Below, piece after piece: positions 1 to 14,312 of a DNA stretch of 21,835 bases. Numbering within the stretch: position 1 is the first letter of the stretch; each line of letters opens with the position of its first letter. The position numbers and the translations under genes were made by a program. This DNA comes from Eledone cirrhosa. Taxonomy: Eukaryota. The stretch is from assembly GCA_964016885.1 (NCBI GenBank), contig CAXHJY010000865.1, positions 1-21,835 of the forward strand, written 5' to 3'. Below the pieces are notes generated by a model. The model saw only the letters and a list, made by a program, of their open reading frames with translations. It was not told the DNA's origin and ran no database searches.

Positions 1-4226
<4,226 letters not shown>

Positions 4227-4228
<2 letters not shown>

Positions 4229-4833
4229 GGTGGCTGCCAACTCGTTTTCGAGTACGGCCACTACTTTATATCCATGTAGGAGAACCCCTTCCGATGCGCT
4301 GAACGAGTGTGACTTTTTAGTCCAGCTAGCGACTTGAAAACTGGCACAATCACTACACTTGTGACAATTATTGACACAGTGTTGGGCCCATGGTACCACG
4401 TGATGACAAGTGCAGAGAGATCTCCAGATATAAAGCAATGCCTGTGCTGTGAAGCTTTTATAGTGAGCAAAGGCAATGCACAAAGCCAGTCCCACTCTCT
4501 TAACCAAGATGATATTTACCAAAAAGAAGAACAAGTCAACATCATTGGATACCATCAGGGTTGCAGGTGTTATATCAGAGTTTTCCTTCTCCTAGAATTC
4601 TGCCTTGACAAAGGCTAAAGGGTCATCTCTCCCGGTGATTTTAGATGGCCATTGACTCTTAAGAGCTCCTTTGCCCTTTTGACAGGTTTTGTTTTTAGTC
4701 CTGTAGGATGTCCAAAGTCACCCTCCTCACCAAGAAACCTTGGTGGGGTTGCCAGTTTAGTCGCCAACGACCCGACCATGAGACAGGTTGTACTGGGATA
4801 CATGTTACCAGTAGCACCAACTGGTGACCTGAC
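4227..4833 (-). mobile_element. Internally deleted non-autonomous RTE-type retroelement, copy 1 (about 605 bp)
   Basis: The minus strand reads: a structured 5' region with CTAGGAGAAGGAAAACTCTGA (resembles RTE 5' UTRs, from memory); a frameshifted C2H2 remnant (CSDC...[15 protein letters not shown]) like the C-terminus of some RTE ORF2s; a 3' stem-loop CTCG-AAAA-CGAG; then ACCAT running into (AT)n. No EN or RT coding sequence. Confidence 0.65.
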
Positions 4834-4845
4834 ATATATACATAC

Positions 4846-5212
4846 ATGGTGGCTGCCAACTCGTTTTCGAGTACGGCCACTACTTTATATCCATGTAGAA
4901 GAACTCCTACCAATGCGCTGAACGAGTGTGACTTTTTAGTCCAGCCAGCGACTTGAAGACTCTGGTACAAACACTACACTTGTGACAATTATTGACACAT
5001 AGTGCTGGGCCCATGGTACCATGTGAGGACAAGTGCAGAGAGATCTCCAGATATAAAGCAATGCCTGTGCCGTGAAGCTTTTATAGTGAGCAAAGGCACT
5101 GCACAAAGCCAGTCCCACTCTCTTAACCAAGATGATATTTACCAAAAAGAAGAACAAGTCAACATCATTGGATACCATCAGGGTTGCAGGTGTTATATCA
5201 GAGTTTTCCTTC
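4846..5212 (-). mobile_element. Same element, copy 2 (5'-truncated), in tandem with copy 1
   Basis: Aligns to 4227-4589 with about 13 substitutions and two 2-nt indels (about 95%, hand count). Carries an intact C-x2-C-x12-H-x4-H finger, [22 protein letters not shown], at 4978-4913. Confidence 0.75.
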
Positions 5213-5242
5213 ATACATATATATATATATATATATACATAC

Positions 5243-5281
<39 letters not shown>

Positions 5282-5832
5282 CATACATACATATATACAT
5301 ATACATACATACATATATATATATGTACATATATATATACATATATATATATATACATACATATATATATACATATATATATATATACATACATATATAT
5401 ATATATACATATATACATACATACATATATATATATACATATATATATATACATATATATATATACATATATATATACATACATATATATATACATACAT
5501 ATATATATACATACACATATATATATACATACATATATATATACATACATATATATATATACATATATATATATACATATACATACATATACATATACAT
5601 ACATATACATATACATACATACACATATATATACATATACATATATATACATACATATATACATATATATATATACACATATATATACATATACATATAT
5701 ATACATACATATACATATATATATATACATATATACACATATATATACATATACATATATATACATACATATACATACATATACATATATATACATACAT
5801 ATACATATATATATATATACATATATATATAC

Positions 5833-5913
<81 letters not shown>

Positions 5914-5918
5914 CATAC

Positions 5919-5949
<31 letters not shown>

Positions 5950-6111
5950 CATATACACATATATATATATATACATATACATATATATATACATATACAT
6001 ATATATATACATACACATATATATATACATACACATATATATATATATATATACATATACATATCTATATATATATATATATATACATACACATATATAT
6101 ATACATATACA

Positions 6112-6149
<38 letters not shown>

Positions 6150-6404
6150 CATATACATATCTATATATATATATATATATACATACACATATATATATAC
6201 ATATACATATATACATATACATATATATATACATATACATATATATATATATACATATACATATATATATATATACATATACATATATATATACATATAC
6301 ATATATATATATATACATATACATATATATATATATACATATACATATATATACATATACATATATATATATATACATATACATATATATACATATATAT
6401 ACAT

Positions 6405-6439
<35 letters not shown>

Positions 6440-6484
6440 TATATACATATACATATATATACATATACATATATATACATATAC

Positions 6485-6532
<48 letters not shown>

Positions 6533-6806
6533 ATATATACATATACATATATATATATATACATATACATATACATATATATATATATACATATACATAT
6601 ATATATATATACATATACATATATATATACATATACATATATATATATACATATATATATATATACATATACATATATATATACATATATACATATACAT
6701 ATATATATACATATACATATATATATATACATATATATATATATACATATACATATATATACATATATATATATATACATATACATATATATATATATAC
6801 ATATAC

Positions 6807-6839
<33 letters not shown>

Positions 6840-6852
6840 CATATATATATAC

Positions 6853-6897
<45 letters not shown>

Positions 6898-7016
6898 CAT
6901 ATATATATACATATATATATACATATATATATATATATACATATATATATACATATATATATACATATATATACATATATATATATATATACATATATAT
7001 ACATATATATATATAT
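5213..7016. repeat. Interrupted (TA)n/CA microsatellite array 2
   Basis: (T/C)A alternation rich in CATACA and CATATACATAT units. Same strand polarity as array 1. Confidence 0.99.
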
Positions 7017-9230
7017 TACTTGATGCTTTCGACAGTAAGGAAGAGCATCTAGAATCGGACAATATAGAGGGACAGTGGAAATTTCTGAAAGCAAACCTGC
7101 TGTTGGCGACAGACGAGGTCTGTGGCTGGAGCAGGCCTGTAGGCAGGAGGAGAGTAACATGGTGGTGGAACAATAGGGTGGAGGGGTCAATTAAGGCCAA
7201 AAAGCAGGCTTGGAAAGTATGGCGGGATGGGGGAAGTAGAGTAGACTATCAAGTGGCCAGGAGGGAAGCTAGGAGAGAAGTGTACTTAGCAAGAAGGGAA
7301 GCGGAGGAAAGAAAGTTCAAGCATGTTCTACAACGCGATGACCAAAAACGTGAGGTGTTCAGGATTGCCAGGCAATGCGTCAAGGAAAACCGTGATATTG
7401 TCGGGGAGAAGTGTGTACTTAACGATGATGGCATACTTGCCATCACCGACACTGATAAGAAGGTAGCTTGGAAGTGTCACTATGAAAGGCTACTAAATGA
7501 GGAGAATAAATGGGAGAAAGACAGTCTCCCCCATATCGACCCGATAGAGGGACCAGCAGTGTTAGTCGAGGGGAGTATAATAAGTAAGGCAATCAAGGAT
7601 ATGAAGACTGGTAAGGCGGCTGGGCCTTCGGAAATAGTTGCTGAGATGCTGAAGGCATCTGGCACGGTGGGACACACCATGGTCACCCGCATAGTTAACC
7701 AAGTCGTACAGAATGGGGTTGTTCCGAAGGACTGGCATAGCAGCATCATCGTTAACTGTTATAAGGGTAAAGGAGACGCCCTAGATAGGAGTAACTATAG
7801 AGGCATTAAATTAATCGACCAGGTCATGAAGGTCACGGAAAAAGTAATAGCGCAACTAATCAGAGAGAGAATTGATCTAGATGAAATGCAGTTCGGGTTT
7901 GTGTCAGGCAAAAGCACCACAGACGCTCTTTTCATAGTACGACAACTACAGGAGAAGTACCTAGCTAAAGGTAAACCCCTCTACTTAGCTTTTGTCGACC
8001 TGGAGAAAGCCTTCGACAGAGTCCCCCGCTCCATTATCTGGTGGGCTCTTAGAAAACTAGGCGTTGACGAATGGCTTGTGAGGGCTATACAAGCCATGTA
8101 TAAAGAAACAGTCAGCAAGGTTAGAATTAACAACGAATATAGTGAAGAGTTTAGCGTAAAAGTTGGCGTCCATCAGGGCTCTGTTCTCAGCCCCCTACTA
8201 TTTATTATTGCCCTTCAGGCTATAACAGAGGAGTTCAAGACAGGCTGCCCATGGGAACTCCTATACGCAGACGACCTGACACTCATAGCGGAATCAATGG
8301 CCGAGCTAGAGAAGAAATTCCAAATGGAAACACGGCCTAGAGTCAAAAGGACTTAAAATTAACCTGGCTAAGACCAAAGTTCTAGTTTGTAGGAAAGAAA
8401 ACAAGGCGGCGGTCCCTTCTGGGAAATGGTCGTGCTCGGTATGTAGGAAAGGCGTAGGTAGAAACTCCATCTTATGTCCTAAATGCAAAGTATGGGTGCA
8501 TAAAAGATGTAGTGGGATCACAGGTAAGCTAACTAAGAACATAGACTTTACATGTGGCCGATGTTCTGGTGCAATAAGTAGCAGCAAGTGCCCACAAAAT
8601 ACTAGCTCTTTCAATTGCGCAGAGGGTTCTATAGAAATAGTGGACAGCTTCCGTTACCTGGGCGATAAAATCAGCAGTGGGGGAGGGTGCTCTGAAAGTA
8701 CTGTAGCTAGAGTCAGAACTGGTTGGAAAAAGTTCAGAGAGCTTATACCACTATTAGCTGCTAAAGGGTTCTCCCTAAAAATGAAAGGCAGGTTGTACGA
8801 TGCCTGCATACGAACAGCAATGTTGCATGGTAGTGAGACCTGGGCATTGTGTGCAGAGGATATACGCAGACTAGAGAGGAACGAAGCTTGCATGCTCCGC
8901 TGGATGTGTAACAGTAATATACGTGAACGGCAAAGCATAAACGAACTAAGGAAAAAATTAGAGATAAGAGGGATCAGATGTTGTTTACTCGAGAGAAGGC
9001 TGCGTTGGTATGGACACGTGATGCGCATGAAAGTCGATAGCTGTATTACAAAGTGCAGGGCAATAAAGATAGACGGTAGCCACGGAATAGGCAGACCTAG
9101 AAAAACATGGGATGAGCTGATAAACTCCGACCTCATACACTTACACCTCTCCAAGACAATGTCACTGGACCGTGACCTTTGGCGGTACTCAGTAACAGAG
9201 AAGACCCGCCTTGCCAGTAGGCATCTCTAA
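7016..9230 (+). pseudogene. RTE ORF2 fragment: linker, reverse transcriptase with internal PHD finger, C-terminal domain; one frameshift near 8324; APE endonuclease absent
   Basis: TWWWN, PKDW...YKGKGD...[40 protein letters not shown] (8264-8275). After the shift: [19 protein letters not shown]4HC3 finger (8433-8564), FRYLG, MLHGSETW, RRLRWYGHVMR, GRPRKTW. No internal stops apart from the frameshift. Confidence 0.93.
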
Positions 9231-9585
9231 CAAACTACACCCCGTCCCGCCACCACCCCCACCCCATCCACACCACCCCGTTCCATGTAAAGTTATGTTG
9301 GTGCCGCGCCATCCAGGCCGAAACAAACGAGATCGTGTAGGTGTCACGACAAAAAAACACACAGTCCACGCTGTAATGTGGCCGTGTAGGCAACACGGTA
9401 AAAACCTCCCAGACCCACACTGTAAATGTGGTTGGTGTTAGGAAGGGCATCCAACTGTAGAAAACCTGCCAGACAGTCCTATGCGAGCAAGACAATCACT
9501 CTTGCCTCAAGTGGGACTACCCCGTCCAAACCCATGCAAGCGTGGAACACGGACGTTAAACGTTGATGATGATGATGATGATGAT
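7016..9585 (+). mobile_element. 5'-truncated RTE-clade LINE: ORF2 remnant, 3' UTR and (GAT)7 tail
   Basis: Non-LTR RT motifs (see pseudogene feature), stop at 9228-9230, 3' UTR containing GGAAGGGCATCC and ending GGACGTTAAAC plus (GAT)7 at 9565-9585. Starts abruptly in the EN-RT linker. Confidence 0.92.
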
Positions 9586-9618
9586 ACATATACATATATA
9601 TATATATACATATATATA

Positions 9619-9837
9619 CACCCAAGGCTTGGGCCCCGTGTTATCCGTCCCATTCAAAAATCTAAATCGCAACTCATAACAACAATACAGCACAATTATT
9701 TCACCTCAATCGGCCCTGCTCTCTTCAACATCACACCAGGACACGTCAAAACAGAAACTGACCACACAAAATTCAAGAAGTCTTTGGACAAATTCCTCCA
9801 AGTAATCCCGGACAAACCACCCACACCCGGATATGTG
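9619..9837 (+). mobile_element. Internal fragment of a CR1-group LINE ORF2 C-terminal region
   Basis: Open frame HPRLGP...NYFTSIGPALFNITP...FKKSLDKFLQVIPDKPPTPGYV, matching the GPxLFNxxP...FKxxLDxxL...PDxP pattern of CR1-group ORF2 ends. Lacks stop and 3' tail. Microsatellite on both sides. Confidence 0.7.
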
Positions 9838-9889
9838 TATATACATATACACACATATATACATACATCCACATATATATATATATATA

Positions 9890-10119
9890 CTGAGTGCAAT
9901 GTCAACTCTGGATGTCGGTGAGCATGTCCAGCTAACCTCAGTCTCCTCTGTGTCACTTTTGAGCTGCTCCCATACAGCTCTGAGTTTTTTCATCCTCAGT
10001 GTATACTGATTAATGTTCAGAGCCATCCTCAGCATTCTCGTGTAGCACCCATCCACTATCTGAGTGAGTTTCTTGGTCAGTGTCCAAGTCTCAGACCCAT
10101 ACAGCAGCACAGACTCCAC
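9890..10119 (-). mobile_element. Inverted 5' segment of a second RTE-family insertion
   Basis: VESVLLYGSETWTLT...DGCYTRMLRMALN, a +1 shift in an A6 run (9985-9990), then NSELYG...RRLRLAGHAHRHPELTLHS. Confidence 0.88.
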
Positions 10120-10294
10120 TACATGGACACACTAGAAGAGGAAGACCAAGGTTAACGTATGTTGATGCCCTAAGGACAGACACTGGTCTGTTGGAGATGC
10201 AGGACATGGCAGCGATAATGAGGGACAGAGACCGCTGGAGAGAACTCGTCCATGGATCTCGGGAATTTTACCCGCCTTAGATAGATAGATAGAT
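10116..10294 (+). mobile_element. Direct 3' segment of the same RTE insertion, with (TAGA)n tail
   Basis: PLHGHTRRGRPRLTYVDALRTDTG...MRDRDRWR...stop TAG 10278-10280 overlapping (TAGA)4. This is the expected continuation of the inverted segment. Confidence 0.85.
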
Positions 10295-10466
10295 ATATAT
10301 ATACACATACATATACACATACATATATGCACATATATATATACATACATAAATGCACATATATATACATACATACATACATAAATGCACATATACATAC
10401 ACATATACACATATATATATATATATAATTATACATATATATATATATACATAAAGAAAAAACCAT

Positions 10467-10759
10467 GAATGTTTGTTACTTGCTTTCATTGAATATCGAC
10501 TTCCAACGCACGTTTCACTGATGATAGGTTCAAAGCCCTCTGTGCCAGCTATGGACCCGACGCCAGTCTCGATCTGTTCGCCAGACATGATGGTTCCAAA
10601 AAAAAACAAAACAAAAAAACTACTCTTTTGTATCACCAAGTCTGACGAGCAGATCGATACTGAAGTCGAGTCCATAGCTTAGATAGGCTACCCTGAGCCA
10701 ATCATCTATGAAACGTACGTAAAGGTCAATAATCAATAGAAACATGTAAACGCAACTTC
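10467..10759. repeat. About 290 bp imperfect palindrome (MITE/foldback-like)
   Basis: Inner arms 10547-10601 and 10626-10679 match as reverse complements at 38 of the first 46 positions. Outer arms (about 10484-10532 vs 10694-10743) also align. A-rich spacer. The outer limits are approximate. Confidence 0.8.
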
Positions 10760-10959
10760 AACTTTTTTCATAGAATACACACACCTTGTGTATGGAGTGT
10801 TGATAGTATTACCACCAGCAGTAAATCACTGAATCACCTATTCATTATACCTATGTATAAATGTATATATACTTATATCCATACATATATACACATATAT
10901 CCATATATACACACACACACACACACATATTTACCTATATATATATACACACAGATTTA

Positions 10960-10995
<36 letters not shown>

Positions 10996-10997
<2 letters not shown>

Positions 10998-11101
10998 AGA
11001 CAGTCCTATGCGAGCAAGACAACCACGCTTGCCTCAAGTGGGAAAACTCCCGTCCAAACCCATGCAAGCGAGGAACATGGACGTTAAACGATGATGATGA
11101 T
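10996..11101 (+). mobile_element. Short 3'-end copy of the RTE family at 7016-9585, (GAT)4 tail
   Basis: About 8 differences in about 96 nt versus the sequence starting at 9469. Inserted directly after a pure (TA)17 run. Confidence 0.92.
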
Positions 11102-11241
11102 ATATATATATACATATATACATGTTTACCTATATATACACACACACACACACTACACATATATATATATATATACAATTCCGCTCGTATATGTGTTCCT
11201 GGTTAAATCTTCCTGGTGTATATATATATATATATATATAT

Positions 11242-11420
11242 TTAACAAAGGAATTGTGGTAAGGAACCAGATGGACCATAATGCACCAGAGTACTTAGGG
11301 TAGTAGAGTGGGAAATAGGAAAAAGTATGACCCCGACAGCAGAGCTCAAGCCGTTTCGACGTCCAGAAATAGCCGTCGAAACGGCTTGAGCTCTGCCGTC
11401 GGGGTCATACTTTTTCCTAT
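11242..11420 (-). mobile_element. Probable PLE pseudo-LTR fragment with a fold-back inverted end
   Basis: Contains the 47-bp-arm palindrome with hammerhead 3' elements. The minus-strand arm continues about 70 nt further, to (TA)n. Family assignment is inference. Confidence 0.5.
11315..11420. repeat. Near-perfect inverted repeat: 47-bp arms, 12-nt spacer
   Basis: 11315-11361 vs 11374-11420, with a single mismatch (A11338/C11397). Confidence 0.98.
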
Positions 11421-11446
11421 ATATATATATATATATATATATATAC

Positions 11447-11530
11447 GATATTAATAAATGGAAACTATATTTATAAAACCATATTTATTTCATTATACAT
11501 ATTTCAGGGATACCAAATAGAACTTTTGCA
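11447..11530 (-). mobile_element. 5'-truncated PLE-like end carrying the 3' half of a minimal hammerhead
   Basis: Minus strand UUUGGUAUCCCU-GAAA-UAUGUA-UA^AUGA-AAUAAA, the same layout as the two complete motifs. CUGANGA box absent. Confidence 0.45.
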
Positions 11531-11554
11531 TATATATATATATATATACACACA

Positions 11555-11591
11555 CCATGCTAGCATAGAAGATAGATGTTAAACGCTGATG
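11555..11591 (+). mobile_element. Degenerate 37-nt remnant of the RTE-type 3' tail
   Basis: CCATGCTAGCATAGAAGATAGATGTTAAACGCTGATG resembles CCATGCAAGCGTGGAACACGGACGTTAAACGTTGATG at about 9532-9568. Confidence 0.65.
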
Positions 11592-11979
11592 CTAGATTAT
11601 ATACATATATATACATTATATATATATAAACACTCCTGTTTTCTTTGTGTAGGTTCATTTAAAAGTCAAAATTCATCTCTCCCCGCGTTGCTTTAATTCA
11701 CATTTGACATTATGTCAGAGCACAGTCTCAATGATTCGATTGTGCGCTACTCAGTCTTTTAAATACCTCGATTAAATCAACTGAAGTTCATCTCGGTCTA
11801 TCTTCAATACATACAATACATAGATATATCAACTAATACCTTAACACTTCACACAAAGTAAAATATTTCGTTTTATTCATTTTCTAACCCAGAAAAAAAG
11901 AGAAATAAATAAAAAGGGAAAAAAATATTTTTTTCTTCCTAATAATTGTCTCTTTCTCCCTGTTTTTATATATATATAC

Positions 11980-12027
11980 TTATGTATATTGAAGAGTTAA
12001 TTAAAGAGTTATGTATATTGAAGAGTT
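11980..12027. repeat. 19-bp exact direct repeat TTATGTATATTGAAGAGTT x2
   Basis: 11980-11998 and 12009-12027, at the apparent 5' edge of the hammerhead-bearing fragment. Confidence 0.9.
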
Positions 12028-12173
12028 TTTCTTACTCACACATTCTCTATTGAATTTATTACGTTTTCGCATTTTCTCATTATTAGGGTATACATGTTAA
12101 ATTTTCTCTTAGGTTAATCACTATCTTGATTAAATCTTAACCATTTAACATCTCAGAGTATGTCATGTATCAT

Positions 12174-12226
12174 ATTTTGTCTGATGAGGACGTACTGTTG
12201 TACATCCGAAATATGTGTAATAAAAT
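12174..12226 (+). ncRNA. Type I minimal hammerhead ribozyme (PLE type)
   Basis: Stem I AUUUUGU/AUAAAAU (7 bp, one G.U); CUGAUGA 12181-12187; stem II GGAcGUAC-UGUU-GUACaUCC; GAAA 12208-12211; minimal stem III U-AUGU-G; GUA^ after 12219; AAUAAA at 12219-12224. Confidence 0.8.
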
Positions 12227-12406
12227 GTAATTGATCAAAAGAACATCTATTTTATTAATATTTATATTCTAATATATATTTATGTATATAGATAACTAAT
12301 TATGGATGATTTTCCGAAGGGAAACAAAGGAAGCGCAATTAAAAAAGGTCCTCGATACGTTAGTGGAGAAGGTAGATATTTATTTCATAGACAAATAGAA
12401 ATTATT

Positions 12407-12437
12407 TACATACATATATACATACATACACACATGA

Positions 12438-12488
<51 letters not shown>

Positions 12489-13615
12489 TACATATACATA
12501 ATTACATACATACACACATACATACACATAATACATATATATACATGTATATACACATATACATACACATATATATATATATATACATACACACATACAT
12601 ACACATAATACATATATATATACATGTATATACACATATACATACACATACATATACATACACATATACATATACATATATACACATATATATACACACA
12701 TATATACATATATATACATATATATACACATATATATACATATGTATACACATATATATACATATGTATACACATATATATACACATATATATATACATA
12801 TATATACACATATATATACACATATATACATACATATATATACACATATATACATACATATATATATACACATATATACATACATATATATACACACATA
12901 TATACATACATATATATACACACATATATACATACATATATATACACATATATACATATATATACACATATATACATATATATACACATATATACATATA
13001 TATACACATATATACACATATATATACACATATATACATACATATATATACACATATATACATACATATATATACACATATATACATACATATATATACA
13101 GATATACATACATATATATACAGATATACATACATATATATACACATATATACATACATATATATACACATATATACATACATATATATACAGATATACA
13201 TGCATATATATACACATATATACATACATATATATATACACATATATACATACATATATATATACACATATATACATACATATATATATACACATATATA
13301 CATACATATATATACACATATATATACATATATATACATACATATATATACACATATATATACATATATATATATACATATATATACACATATATATATA
13401 CACATATATATACACATATATATATACACATATATATACATATATATACACATATACATACATATATATATATATATATATACACATACATATATATATA
13501 TATATATACACATATACATACATATATATATATATATATACACATATACATACATATATATATATATATACACATATACATACATATATATATATATATA
13601 TACACATATACATAC

Positions 13616-13646
<31 letters not shown>

Positions 13647-13681
13647 TACATATATATATATATATATACACATATACATAC

Positions 13682-13712
<31 letters not shown>

Positions 13713-13769
13713 TACATATATATATATATATACACATATACATACATATATATATATATATATACACAT

Positions 13770-13803
<34 letters not shown>

Positions 13804-13804
13804 A

Positions 13805-13850
<46 letters not shown>

Positions 13851-13959
13851 TATATACACATATATATATATACACATATACATATATATATACACATATA
13901 TATATATATATACACATATATATATATATATACACATATATATATATACACATATACAC

Positions 13960-14002
<43 letters not shown>

Positions 14003-14050
14003 TATATATATACACATATATATACATATATATATATATATACACACACA
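12407..14050. repeat. Interrupted (TA)n/CA microsatellite array 3
   Basis: Dominated by TACACATA and CATACATA units, with a few G substitutions. Confidence 0.99.
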
Positions 14051-14148
14051 GATTTTGAGTATATATTGGTTGTATACCAACAAAAACACTACAGGGAGCC
14101 TCACCCCAGAAAGGATTCTATAGACTTCTGACTGAAGTATGCTCTCAG

Positions 14149-14312
14149 AACTGACCAATGGGAAGTTTGACACTTTTTTTATCTTGTTCCTTTACCACCT
14201 TGTCCCTTCTACTATTTTATCAATTTTTAAGGTAACTCCAACAATAACAACACTTAGAATGGGGAATGTTCTAATAACTGACCAATGAGAGGAGATGGGG
14301 ACCTTTGACACT
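14149..14312 (+). promoter_or_regulatory. Duplicated CCAAT-box module, AACTGACCAATG...TTTGACACT x2
   Basis: AACTGACCAATG at 14149-14160 and 14276-14287 fits the NF-Y consensus. TTTGACACT follows each, at 14166 and 14304. Function is inferred only. Confidence 0.35.

Noticed and set aside
5132-7015. Apparent 630-aa low-complexity N-terminal extension fused to the RT
   Set aside because: Chance in-frame read-through of the microsatellite into the truncated LINE, with a GAT-ATG start supplied by an antisense element.
7249-9154. Minus-strand ORFs within the LINE
   Set aside because: Antisense shadows of ORF2 with no recognisable motifs.
7000-9620. Target-site duplications around the insertions
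   Set aside because: The flanks are microsatellite, so any match is uninformative.
10518-10727. Complete hammerhead using CUGAUGA (10518) or CUGACGA (10642) with GAAACGUACGUA (10710)
   Set aside because: Stem I cannot form next to either box, and the stem II closure is out of register.
11630-11970. Possible host exon or gene in unique AT-rich sequence
   Set aside because: No meaningful ORF or convincing splice pair. Left unassigned.
12301-12406. Minus-strand GAAA-UAAAUA-UC as another hammerhead half
   Set aside because: No stem II or CUGANGA box and a non-palindromic loop. Easily chance in AT-rich DNA.
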